Part shown: one piece after another, positions 37,801 to 48,000 of the stretch
Layout of the letters: every line of letters begins with the position of its first letter
How positions within the stretch are numbered: the first letter of the stretch is position 1
Made by a program: the position numbers and the translations under genes
Assembly (NCBI GenBank): GCA_034520665.1
Contig: JAXHNJ010000002.1
Coordinates: 608,660-672,659, forward strand
DNA: 64,000 bases
Direction: 5' to 3'
Origin: Patescibacteria group bacterium
GTDB taxonomy: Bacteria > Patescibacteriota > Patescibacteriia > JAXHNJ01
Notes under the pieces: generated by a model
The model's database searches: none
What the model was told of the DNA's origin: nothing
What the model saw: only the letters and a program-made list of their open reading frames with translations

Positions 37801-40721
37801 AATTACTTCATCATAATACTGATTGTACGGGTGGTGATACGGGGCATTATCTAAGTAGTGAGGGTATTAATATGGGATCTTCTGTTTTGAATAGGACTTT
37901 TACTGCTTCTTATTATGCTAAAGCCACAGAACCTGTAAGTAGTATTTTTAGAGTAAAAAATGGTGGATGGGATGACACATTAAGCCCCCCGGCAAATGTT
38001 TTTGTACATCTAGCTAATAAAAATGTTGATTATACTACTGATTGGCGACGTTATAGTGTAACCTTTACTGTTGATGAGTTAGCTCTTAAGAGTGATGGTA
38101 GTCCGGCTAATTCTGATATGTTAGTTTTGCTTATTAACACTAGTGGTGATCCGACTATTGATCTTTTTATTGATGATTTACAAATTGAAGAAGGTGGTAT
38201 AAGCTCTTATAAAAATTATGCTGAATCTAACAAAATTTATTTAAATGGTGAAAGATTTTCTTGTCCTAAAGAAGATGTTGGTTGTGAAGAATATTCGCCG
38301 GTTAGCGGCGGACAATCAATACCAGGGGTAGTTTATGCCAATAATCTTTGTTCAGCCGATGAAGTCGGTTGTCAGGCTTTTCGCGAGAAGGCTATTGAAC
38401 GCATTCCCCAGAGACCAGAAACAGATCCTCTGTATTTTATTTCCGGTACCGGTACTCAGTGTAAAGCCGAAGATGTTGGCTGTGAGGAATACACAAATTT
38501 AGAAAAAGCAGCCAGTGGCGGTGAAGTCAGGGAATATTTTAAGAAAATTAAGCAGTGCGTTAAACCGGATTCAAGCGATATAGTCACTTATTATACTTGG
38601 GTCGGAGATAACGAAAGTGGTTATCAGTTAAAATCATTTTCCCTTAAGCAGAGTAATTTAAATAACTACGATAGTGAAACTGGATCAGCCCCTTGTACTA
38701 ATTTAGATATTTCAGGCGGCGGCGTTGACCCGGCCTGCCGAGATACGGCTCCGACTTCAGATTATGAACCGGCTGTTTGTCAAGCCTCAGAAGTCGGCAC
38801 TAATCCAGATTGCGCTGAGTTTTATGATACCAGCGGAAATGTATTTTACCGTCTGCGTTCCCGGATTATTGAAGCTACTGATAAATGTGTTACCTATAGA
38901 AATTCTATTGATAATTCCCAAAGCTTAGATAACGTCTATTTTATTAATCCTGAAGCCAGTATGACTTGTTCAGCTGACAAAGCCGGCTGTCGGGAATATA
39001 AAGGCAATACCGGTGATGTTACCCGGAAAGTTTTTGAAAGTGATTTTGAAGAAACAAATTTAGCTGCTACTAATTGGACTAATGGCGGCATTAGCAACGA
39101 ATCTTTGAATATTGACGGCCACTCTCTGCGGGTTTTAGATAATTCTACGGCCACTAGTGTTATTAATCCGGAGGTTTTAAAGGAAGCTAAATTAGTTGAG
39201 GGTCAGTATTATGAATTAAGTTTCTGGATGAAGCCAAATAATGCCAATTATATTAATTCCATAGTTATACAAAATGACGCTTATGCCTGCAGTAGTGGCG
39301 GTGATTGTTATAGTGATTCTGGTTGTCCAACTGGGGAAACCTGTGATGATGTCGGAGAGTCTGGAGCTATAAGTTTTGGTAGTTTCCCGGTTAGTTTGAC
39401 CCCGGAGTGGAATCTTTATACTTTTGGTCCGCTTAGGTTTAACCGAGAGGCTCTTGGCTTTGAACAATTAGCTATAGCAGCCGACGGTTCATTTTTTCTG
39501 GATAATATATTATTGGAAGAAGTGGCTGATACTGATTATTTAATAAAAAATACATTTGTTTCCTGTTCAGCTGGTAGTGTTGGTTGCCAGGCCTACAAAG
39601 ACTCTAAAGACGATGTGCATTATATTAAATCTTTTGACCACCTTTGCAGTGAAGAATATATTGGCTGCGAAGCTTTGATTAACACTCAGAATTCAGCTAG
39701 CCCCTTTAAGGAAACAATTAAAGATATAGACATACCAGCCGATACAGTAGAAAGTATAGTTTATGATAATAGTAAATTCTGTCCGGGTTCATCAAAAGGC
39801 TGCCAGATGCTTGGTTCGCCGGTTATGGATAGTCTTGAGCGTATAGTTAAGTGGGAAGATAAATATTTAATTAATAATCCGGATAGATATAATTATCGTG
39901 AAGGTGATCAAGATCTTTCTATAGCTTGTTTGGCTGAGGAAGAAGGTTGTCAGGAATACACTTACGCCGAAGGTTCGGGCCTTATGTGGTTTAAGGATCC
40001 TGGTGGCAAAACTTGTGAATATAAAAATTTATTTGAGGATGAAGAATATAAATGGTACAAGACTAACACTGACCAGTTTTGTCCTTCAATTACGCCACCG
40101 CCCGAGGGGAGACCTACTGGTTTAGCCTGTGTTAATACCTGTGATTCTGGGGGTTATGCGGGTCAGGCTTGTGTGCTTGACGAAGACTGTAAAAGCTGGT
40201 GTGACGCCGCTAGTGATAATACTGGAGAAATGTGTCAAGAGGCGGCGGATTGTCCTAATGGCAGCTGTGTGGCCAGTAATTGCCAGGGAGACACTGATGA
40301 AGTTGGTAAAGCTTGCACTGATTCCACTGATTGCTCGGGAGATAATAAATGTGATTATTGGGTTGGTTTATGTCCGAGAAATGAGAGTGGCTGTAATGAA
40401 TACCGTGATCCCACTGATCCGGCTGGTTGCCGCTCCTCTTGCAGTTTGATGGAAATTGGCGGAGAGCCAGTCCCCTTTAATAATAGCTGCCAAGCCACTG
40501 TTTGTGTAGCTGGTGGGGAGGATGGGGAATATTGCGGTAGTGACGCTGATTGTCCCGGCGGTGCTTGTTCTGGCGTCGGTATTTCTGGTTGCCGCTCCTA
40601 TTATTATATTAGAAACACCATTGAAGAAAACAAAGGAGACTGTAATGGCCAGATTGATCTTGAAACCGGTTGCCGGCCTTTTAATGATGTCTCTAATCCA
40701 GAATTAAATCTAAGAATTTAA
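34860..40721 (+). CDS. giant (1953 aa) secreted Cys-rich repeat protein
   Basis: Signal peptide FLLLFLFSFLFIAIKANKAKAQ; about 12 recurrences of the motif [VKAIE]GC[QER][EAM][YFL] (VGCEEY, VGCQAF, AGCREY, VGCQAY, IGCEAL, EGCQEY, SGCNEY...); many CxxC/Cx4C clusters. Confidence 0.8.
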   Translation: MGFKQNNNLNKKIINSFFLLLFLFSFLFIAIKANKAKAQFGGLVFDPSVYQAISTESVREAADDVREAADDTKTSIWDKIKDRLQVAGDVAYKNALRVYVGRLAQDTATWLASAGTGQKPLFITDPNYWKDLTDAAAGDALYTLGANVFGVNMCEPNIGVKMNITFGLGRIFNPNTWCEDSCEWAYNSKISSVGEKFNEDKVEFIDDTKVPKTGILNYYQQFASDAKRDDKTSTRFDEFKKMYGDNFPCPVKCVGEETVGPPSPGMLCMEAEYEDNPDNMEKLPTTLENLRACIYTLQNISIEESQEATSDRTKCMRNCNNYEPRKAQCKASDIWTNVETMADETGGKLIGDTVDIFLKPEENDIGQLLLTYEHINEKTQAELSREKTLAEGQIKPVTATVSKSILSPLEFVHARGNLALDKGTEPAVAYTGSWYADSITIFTNTLINKLIERIFGGCGLNQAACESSPSGGSKLSQLMFGSGGPVGTAAAKLRFSSIAKVEYSRGSPGQDPINSGNLTSEGIIDSGFGTAINEKMTVKKALEEGLIGGIFGFDIEGRQPSIDSGISYRTILYLRKYRVVPVGWELAAEWIRENPQSISLKQIMNEYNNCEPGGESTCSHSEETCVNNSDCYDDSIYPTCNNSGDCTGVCSGTFCINEPSVSCTSDTDCNQVCAHETSDDTSHCYYFCNDDSDCGPSEMCVDNFGGTSGHCVSENEAYCQYQSSASPFCGLIDPNWVLKLSATYCEKSGAGNEIISRDYICADDTNSDGEANCYSGREGDYADDIGQWQIMRDSNTCIDEISCLKEDDQGKCIKYGYCFEERPIWGFNGEECPRQYASCQTFAVQSGEEYSYLTNTVDTNGCDSTNAGCQWYCQDYDQANSTWTCPSTGNKIYLDRDVAECEESDKGCQEFIRMSQGTNLENSSSFEYYEAWPAAIVPNSGEIDDGIEDEIYGVYYKNPSLNCGVEVEAVSEAHSGSVAIKLLHHNTDCTGGDTGHYLSSEGINMGSSVLNRTFTASYYAKATEPVSSIFRVKNGGWDDTLSPPANVFVHLANKNVDYTTDWRRYSVTFTVDELALKSDGSPANSDMLVLLINTSGDPTIDLFIDDLQIEEGGISSYKNYAESNKIYLNGERFSCPKEDVGCEEYSPVSGGQSIPGVVYANNLCSADEVGCQAFREKAIERIPQRPETDPLYFISGTGTQCKAEDVGCEEYTNLEKAASGGEVREYFKKIKQCVKPDSSDIVTYYTWVGDNESGYQLKSFSLKQSNLNNYDSETGSAPCTNLDISGGGVDPACRDTAPTSDYEPAVCQASEVGTNPDCAEFYDTSGNVFYRLRSRIIEATDKCVTYRNSIDNSQSLDNVYFINPEASMTCSADKAGCREYKGNTGDVTRKVFESDFEETNLAATNWTNGGISNESLNIDGHSLRVLDNSTATSVINPEVLKEAKLVEGQYYELSFWMKPNNANYINSIVIQNDAYACSSGGDCYSDSGCPTGETCDDVGESGAISFGSFPVSLTPEWNLYTFGPLRFNREALGFEQLAIAADGSFFLDNILLEEVADTDYLIKNTFVSCSAGSVGCQAYKDSKDDVHYIKSFDHLCSEEYIGCEALINTQNSASPFKETIKDIDIPADTVESIVYDNSKFCPGSSKGCQMLGSPVMDSLERIVKWEDKYLINNPDRYNYREGDQDLSIACLAEEEGCQEYTYAEGSGLMWFKDPGGKTCEYKNLFEDEEYKWYKTNTDQFCPSITPPPEGRPTGLACVNTCDSGGYAGQACVLDEDCKSWCDAASDNTGEMCQEAADCPNGSCVASNCQGDTDEVGKACTDSTDCSGDNKCDYWVGLCPRNESGCNEYRDPTDPAGCRSSCSLMEIGGEPVPFNNSCQATVCVAGGEDGEYCGSDADCPGGACSGVGISGCRSYYYIRNTIEENKGDCNGQIDLETGCRPFNDVSNPELNLRI

Positions 40722-40725
40722 TAAA

Positions 40726-43700
40726 ATGAAATTTAGAAATAACAAAAAAATAAATAGAAAAACTTTAGTTCTGAGTATTATTGCGATTTGCCTAGTTTTC
40801 TTTGGTAGTTTTATTTTCTCTTTAAATTTTAATTTTGATAGTATAAAAAATATTATTAACCCCTTTTCCAAGGTCCAAGCGCAAACCTCAGCCCTTTATT
40901 TAACCAATATTCATGTCAGCACTATTAACCATGATAATGCGGTTATACATTGGGAAACAAATGAGCCATCTGATTCTTTGGTAAATATAGGCACTACGTC
41001 TGATTATGAAATGCCTAATGTTAGTTCTTCAGTTATGGAGAGAATTCACCGCTTAACAGTTAGTGGCTTGGAAGCAAAGACCACTTATCATTATCAGGTA
41101 GTTTCCCAGTCAGAAGACGGAGAAGTAAAGACGAGTGTTGACCGGACTTTTACCACTAGCGAAGAGTCTTCAACCACCTCTACCACTGCTCTTACTGTGG
41201 AATCAATGCAGGTGGAAGCAAATTATGACCGGGCCCAAGTTAGTCTAACGGCTTCTTCACCCAGTCAGGTTACTATATTTTATGACACTTCTTCACAGAC
41301 TGATTCCAGTGGCTATACTCATGCTCAAAGCACAGCTTCTTACGCTATTTCCTCAACTATATATTTATCCGGTCTTTTTTCGGATACAGATTATTATTAC
41401 CGAGCTCGTATAGAAGATGCCAGTGGCAGCAGCTTTGTTAGTGGTGAATTTGAGTTTAAGACTAATCCTGAGCCACCACCGGCGACTATGCCAGATAGTA
41501 CTAAGTTTAATGCTGGTTGTGGCGGTGGAATTTTAATTGGTGATTGTTCGGGCACCAGTTATTGTGATCCCGGAGCGGCCGCTTTGATTAAAAGGTGTGA
41601 TAAATGCGGCTACGCTTGCCCCGAGGGAGAAACCTGCCGTACAGACGGCACTTGTGTCAGTGACCCGACTGTTAATGTACTTAATTATTATCAGTGTAAT
41701 TCTCCGCAGTGCTATGATATAAATGGTAATTTCATCAGTCCGGCGGTAGATCCCGGTTGTAACTCAAGCTATCCCCGGTGTAATGCCAACACTGTGCTTA
41801 AAGTAGCCAGAGACCGCGAATGTGCCAAATGGCTCACTTGTGGCACGGCTATTGAACAGACTAACCCGGAAACCGGTCAGTCTGAAGAGCTTTGTATGAA
41901 CTTGGCAGTTTGTACTTCTCTGGGAGAAAGTGGCCAGTGCACTAGTTATGCTAACCTACCCCAGGTTCAGGAAACTTATCGTATGCCCGAAGAAGCTGAT
42001 AAAATTCGCTGGCTGTCTGGCTCAATCAACGCTGGTCTTGACTGGCGCTATGAAAAAGGATCACCGGTTATCTCGGGCTATTATCCCTGGTCCTCTATGT
42101 CAGAAGTGGGCGGTAAATTAAAAATTAAGAACTGGAATTTTGAAGAAACAAAAATTATTCAAGCGGAAATAAATAGTGATAAGCCTGGTCTAGAAGATGT
42201 TAAGACTTATGATATTGCTGAATGGTCCGATAATTTTATAAAATATCCTAATAAAGCGTCAAACAATACTGATTTAGAGAGTGTTTGGGATCCGAGCCAG
42301 CCAAATAAAGAAAACCGTTGTTTGAAAGTTGGGTCTATGGATGGACCGGGTCAGGGTGTGAGTATTTTAGCCCAAGGCAGTACTGCTACGGCTAGTAAAT
42401 ACGTGGCTAATTTGCGTATCAAATCCAGTGATTCTGCCAGTCAAAGAGTGGATATTCGTTTGAGCAGCGGTGGCTCTGACCCGACTATTCATGATTTTGG
42501 CACCTATTTGCTAACCACTGGCTGGCAGCAAATAACCACCCCGGCTATTGACGGCCTTGGCAAGCAGGATACTTATATTCAGGTAGTCTTAAATTCAAAT
42601 TCTGATACCCAGGCCTTTTATATTGACGATCTTAAGTTAGAGCCGGTTTTAGAGGTTAAAGATGACTTTTATTTAAAACGCTCCTGCCGTCTTTATCCAG
42701 AAGAAGACTCTATGTCTTGTGAATATTTTGATGACAACGGTATTTATCACAAGGGCTGGTATGGCTATTGCCTGGACTGGGACCCTAAAAACGAAAATAA
42801 ATGTATTTCCTGGTGGCCGGTGGATATCCTCAAATACGAAGACAATATTTTTGGCCAGAGAGAGTCGGCCGGTTACACTGGCCGCCAGCCGGTTTATATG
42901 TGTATGGAGAGTGAGGGGGGCGATTCGACACTTGAAAGAGTTGTGGATAATTCTACCGATAGTTGGTTGGGTTGGAATGTTAATTATTTAGATGAATGTG
43001 CTAGTGGTCAAGAGTATGGAATAGATTCGGAAGATGATTTGCCTACATACCCACAATTTGATTCTTCTGATTATGATTTTGCTATTTGTAATCAGACAGG
43101 CGGTGTTGAACAGGGATATTCACTTACTGGTAGTGAGATTGCAGTTTTACCAATTGGCGAAGAGTGGGCCCCTGATGATGCTAGCTGTGATCATCTTGCT
43201 GCAATTGATGGTGATGAAACTCCTGCAGGTTATTGCTACGGGGTTATTGAATATATGGAAACTAAACATCCCGAATATCATTACTTATCTGAAAATGTAA
43301 TTTCATATCTTTCATTAGATACTATCGCAAATTGGGATGAGGGTATTTTGTGGTCGTTTATTTCTTCGGGTGGTGAATGGCCAGTAGGCGGACTTACGTT
43401 TGATGGAGATAAGATGTATGGTGACTATTATGATAGTGAAGTTAAGGGTCCTACGAACAAGAGATATCGGAAGAGATTTGTTGATGACGGAAAAATATAT
43501 TGGAGATTGAGGGCACATGATGAAAATGATTTAGTGTTTTTTCTAATTTTTGAATGTTTAGATAACAGTGGTGTTGTGAGAAGCTGTAGTATAGATGATA
43601 GAGGTCAGCTTACTGCGATGGCTATGTGGGGTGACGATAATACTCCCTCCGACGCCGAAGTTTCTTCTTATAGAGTAAATATAGAGTTACGTGAGAGATG

Positions 43701-45060
43701 TAATAAATTAGCTAAAGTTGTAACGGATGGAGGAGGTAATATGGCTTGGGCTGAAACTATAAATTCTAGTAACTATAAAGTTTCAGATCTAAATTATTTG
43801 CAAAGCACTGACTTAAACCCTTATGGCGGAGCTGTTATGACTAACCCGGAAAATTTAAGACAACATCTTTTGGTAGAAGAGCCCAATAGAACAGACTTTT
43901 CCTTTCCTTTCCAGGAAAGAGCTGGTAAACCTTATGCTTGTGTTGGTGATTGTAATAATCGTCGATGTTATGGTGGTGGAGCTCTTGATGGAAATCCTTG
44001 TCGAAGTAATTTGGATTGTGTAGATGATACTGATCTTACTCAGATAAAGTATGGGACTTGTGTCGGGGTTGGCATATGCAAAAAAAGTGATGAAAATTGT
44101 TATACTGATGATGATTGTGGCGGGGAAGATTATTGTATTGGTGGAGCTGCTAGCAATCGCGGTGAGCAGGAAGTTATGCTTTGGCCAACGACAGGTCGGT
44201 GTGATGGTGACCGGCTAGGAAAAGAATGTAATACAGATGATGATTGTAATGTTGGAGAAGAATGTTATCACACATATTTTGCCGAAAATAGAATCAGGAG
44301 TTTATTTGCCTTAAGTTATGGTATATATGAATGGGATCAGACCAACGGCCGTTACTCCTCTATTAGTGATAGTGATTCGCCTTTGGTATATCATTCTAAA
44401 CCAGGCTGGGGTCCGCCTAATCGGGTTTGTGCAGACGGTATCAGGCCGGATTATGATCCTTTAAATCCGGACACTTACTGCGGATTCCCACCCAAGATTA
44501 CTAATATTAAACTGGGGGATGGCACTTCCAATACAGCTAAATTAGGTAAAGACGGCGGTAAAGTAAAGCTAAGCTTTAATACTGAAGTTGACCGCCAACA
44601 GCAGCCCTTAAAAAATATCTGGATTGATTGGGGCGATGACACTATAGATCAAGTAAATTACGGTTATAAATCAAAATCAGACCCAAACAATCCCCATATC
44701 TACACCCATGCTTATCAAGCTGAGCCTTCTGGCGTCAAATATAATATAAAAATCGCCATTGAAGATAATTGGGGCTGGTGTTCTTCTGCTCAAGATACTA
44801 ATTATATCTATTACGGCACTTGTGATGGCGGTTCAAGAGACGGCTTGATTTGTGATGAAATACCGATTTGGCCTTTTGATGCTGTACCTGATTGTCCTTA
44901 CGGTAATTGCACGGGTGTTTATACTTGTGATTTGCATCCGACTTCAACCTGGACTCCGATCAGTACCTGTCAAGGTGGTACTTGCCAAGATGGAATATGT
45001 TCAGGCGGTCTGGATGACGGACGCTCCTGCACGCCTTTAATTGTTGATTTAACCGATTAA
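40726..45060 (+). CDS. giant (1444 aa) membrane-anchored Cys-rich protein with tandem FN3-like domains
   Basis: N-terminal TM; two fibronectin-III/PAP-N-like modules (HWETNEPSDSLVNIGTT...YHYQV; ...YYYRARIED); dense Cys clusters to the C-terminus; starts 5 nt after the previous gene. Confidence 0.8.
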   Translation: MKFRNNKKINRKTLVLSIIAICLVFFGSFIFSLNFNFDSIKNIINPFSKVQAQTSALYLTNIHVSTINHDNAVIHWETNEPSDSLVNIGTTSDYEMPNVSSSVMERIHRLTVSGLEAKTTYHYQVVSQSEDGEVKTSVDRTFTTSEESSTTSTTALTVESMQVEANYDRAQVSLTASSPSQVTIFYDTSSQTDSSGYTHAQSTASYAISSTIYLSGLFSDTDYYYRARIEDASGSSFVSGEFEFKTNPEPPPATMPDSTKFNAGCGGGILIGDCSGTSYCDPGAAALIKRCDKCGYACPEGETCRTDGTCVSDPTVNVLNYYQCNSPQCYDINGNFISPAVDPGCNSSYPRCNANTVLKVARDRECAKWLTCGTAIEQTNPETGQSEELCMNLAVCTSLGESGQCTSYANLPQVQETYRMPEEADKIRWLSGSINAGLDWRYEKGSPVISGYYPWSSMSEVGGKLKIKNWNFEETKIIQAEINSDKPGLEDVKTYDIAEWSDNFIKYPNKASNNTDLESVWDPSQPNKENRCLKVGSMDGPGQGVSILAQGSTATASKYVANLRIKSSDSASQRVDIRLSSGGSDPTIHDFGTYLLTTGWQQITTPAIDGLGKQDTYIQVVLNSNSDTQAFYIDDLKLEPVLEVKDDFYLKRSCRLYPEEDSMSCEYFDDNGIYHKGWYGYCLDWDPKNENKCISWWPVDILKYEDNIFGQRESAGYTGRQPVYMCMESEGGDSTLERVVDNSTDSWLGWNVNYLDECASGQEYGIDSEDDLPTYPQFDSSDYDFAICNQTGGVEQGYSLTGSEIAVLPIGEEWAPDDASCDHLAAIDGDETPAGYCYGVIEYMETKHPEYHYLSENVISYLSLDTIANWDEGILWSFISSGGEWPVGGLTFDGDKMYGDYYDSEVKGPTNKRYRKRFVDDGKIYWRLRAHDENDLVFFLIFECLDNSGVVRSCSIDDRGQLTAMAMWGDDNTPSDAEVSSYRVNIELRERCNKLAKVVTDGGGNMAWAETINSSNYKVSDLNYLQSTDLNPYGGAVMTNPENLRQHLLVEEPNRTDFSFPFQERAGKPYACVGDCNNRRCYGGGALDGNPCRSNLDCVDDTDLTQIKYGTCVGVGICKKSDENCYTDDDCGGEDYCIGGAASNRGEQEVMLWPTTGRCDGDRLGKECNTDDDCNVGEECYHTYFAENRIRSLFALSYGIYEWDQTNGRYSSISDSDSPLVYHSKPGWGPPNRVCADGIRPDYDPLNPDTYCGFPPKITNIKLGDGTSNTAKLGKDGGKVKLSFNTEVDRQQQPLKNIWIDWGDDTIDQVNYGYKSKSDPNNPHIYTHAYQAEPSGVKYNIKIAIEDNWGWCSSAQDTNYIYYGTCDGGSRDGLICDEIPIWPFDAVPDCPYGNCTGVYTCDLHPTSTWTPISTCQGGTCQDGICSGGLDDGRSCTPLIVDLTD

Positions 45061-45061
45061 A

Positions 45062-48000
45062 ATGCTATTTAACTTAAAAAACAAAAAAGTTAAATACACT
45101 CTAACCAGTCTCAGCCTTGTTTTTATACTGGTGTCTTTTGGTATTTTCTGGCCCCAGGCCGCTAACGCTGGAGCGGTTGAACTTTTTACCGAATTACTTG
45201 GTCATCTGCTTTATGAGGTGGCTGGGCTTTTAGGTAAAATTTTAGTGGCTGTTATCCAGATGTTGATTGCTATTGTGCAATATAATGATTTTGGCCAGGC
45301 CACAGCCGTGCAAAAAGGCTGGGTGATTATTCGCGATGTTTGTAATATGTTTTTTGTAGCCGTGCTTTTGATGATTGCTTTTGGCACCATATTTAAATGG
45401 GAAACCTACCGCTATAATAAGCTTTTGGGCCGATTTATTTTGATGGCTTTTTTGATTAATTTTTCCAAGTTTATTGCTTTATTTTTAATTGATGTTTCCC
45501 AGGTAATTATGATGACTTTTGTTAATGCTTTTTCCGATATTGCGGCTGGTAATTTAATCTCAGCTTTTGGACTGGAGGAAATGTTCAAATTTATGGAAAG
45601 CGGCGGGCAGGATTTAGAATTTTCCGGCGTAATCGGAGCTCTACTTCTAGCTATTATACTCTTAACCATAGCGGTAGTTACTGTTTTGGTACTTACTATG
45701 GTTTTACTCATGAGAATACTGGTTTTATGGCTGTTAATCGTTCTCTCTCCTCTGGCTTATTTTCTGCGTACTTGGCCGGGCTCGGGCGAGAAAGCCTCTT
45801 CTATGTGGTGGAAGGAATTTGGTAAAAATTTAATTAACGGTCCTTTAATTGCTTTTTTCTTATGGCTTTCTTTGAGTATTATTTCTACCTCTGGTGGCGA
45901 CAAATTAGCCCAAGAAGAACTTAACTATGGCGACCGTAAAATTACCACTGAACAGGCTATTGAATACGAAGAGGACACTGGTATGCAGGACCTTGGCGCA
46001 TCGGTGGGGGGTAAATTTTACACGACCATTAGTAATATTTCTTCTTCAGATCGGCTGCTTAGTTTTATTATTTCCATTTCTCTGCTTATGGGTTCTTTAT
46101 TGGTAGCCCAAAAAATGTCCTCGGCCGGCGGACAAGCGGCTGGCACGGTTTTGGGCAAGGTGAAAACCGGTCTGACTAAAGCCGCTAAACTGGGAGCGGC
46201 TGGAGTGACTTTTGGAGCTGGAAGAACAGGACTTGGTTTACTGGCTCGCACTAAACCGGTTAAAAGAGCAGCTAAGGGCGTAGGTAAGTGGGCTTTGGGA
46301 GAAACTATGGCTAGGACCGGTTTTGAATTGCGTCCCTCTGAATGGGGGAAGGGTATTGAAAGAGGTGGCGAAAGGAAGTTACAAGAACGCGAAGACAGAA
46401 TGAGGGCTAAGTCCCAAAAAAGAAGAGAAAAAGGTTATCATTTGGCAGCCTCTTTAAGTAATCCCGAACACGCTTTTTATGAATATTGGCGTTTGTCAAC
46501 ACCTGGAAAAATGTTAAGGCACCCCCTTCAATTTTTTGGCAAAGGTACAAAAAAAATGCACGACGCTTCTTTAGAGCAAAAAGCTAAATTAGATAAGATC
46601 AAAGAACGCGATAGTGAAGTATACGATGATGAAAAAGGAGAGTACAAGGATGTAACTAAAATTCAAGAAGAAAAGATGATCGAAAAAGAGAAAGAAAAAG
46701 TAATTAAAGAAAAAACTGAAGAAGTGGCACAAAAAAGAGAAGATTTAAAACCGGAAAAATCCTGGCCAGAACTAGAAAAAGAACTTAAAGCTGATGGCGC
46801 TACTGAAAATGACCTGGCTGAATTTAAGAAAGATTTTCAGACAGTTAATGAGGAATGGATGCGCTATGCTTCTGTCGGAGAGGTTATTAAAAATGAAAAA
46901 GGAAAAAAAATAGGTACGCAGAGGATAACTTTTGATGAAAAATGGGAGAAAATGAGAACGAGATTAGAAAAAAAGGGTTTAACTGATGAAGAAATTAAAG
47001 AAGAAGAAAAAAAGTTTAATAAAGAATGGAATAGAAACAAAGCAGAAAATATGTTAAATCCACATGAGCTGAATAAAGAAGCCAGAAAAAAATTTGAAGA
47101 CAAAAATTACAGTGATGGCGATTTAAGAAAGGCTTATTTTAATAATAAAGAAGAGGAAATAGAAAAACTAAAAAAAGAAAAAAATGAAATAAAAGATCCT
47201 GATTTTATAATGGAAGAAGACCAAAAGCAAAGAGAAAAAAAACTGCAAGCTATTAATGATGAGTTAAAAAAAATTGATAGGGATATTAAAGCAAAAGAAG
47301 AGGAAGGCAAGAAAAAGAATATAAAAATTGATCTTTCTAAAGAAAAGAATCTAAAAAAAGACCTAGAAAAAAGAAAAGAAGAAATAGAAAAGGCTCCTTT
47401 GAGTGATAAAGAGAAAGAAAGAAAAGAAAATAAAATAAATGAGATAAATGAGAAAATTGAAAATAAAGAATTCGAAAAAGATTTTACTGATATGACGGAA
47501 ATAGATAGACGGGAATTATTAAGGCAGCGCGAAGCCCAGAAAAAGGAATATGAAAAGGCTAGAAAAAAAGAAATTGATAGAATGCCGGCTATTGATTACT
47601 CGACCCGTAAAAATCAGCGTTTGGCTATTCAGAAAGAAAAAAATGAATTGACCACTGACAGTTGGCAGGAAATTGCCAGTTTTATTGAAGACGCTAAGAA
47701 AAAAAATAATTTAACTCGGGTGGCGGCCGGTTATCTTAAGGCGGCTGAATATGGCAATGAAAACGAAATACAAAATTATTATGGTTATGATAGTGATGCT
47801 AAAGGGTTAAAACAATTTGTCATGGGTGAATTAGTCGGTGAAAAAGGTTTGGGCAAGAATTTTAGAGAAGAAACAGAAAAAGCCGGTTTATCTTGGGAAA
47901 GTTACATTGATAAATTTGGTCATTATGTTGAGGGTATGAAGGGTAAAAAGGGGATGGGCATGTCTATGGAACAAGCCTTGAGTATAGCTAACGATGTTTC

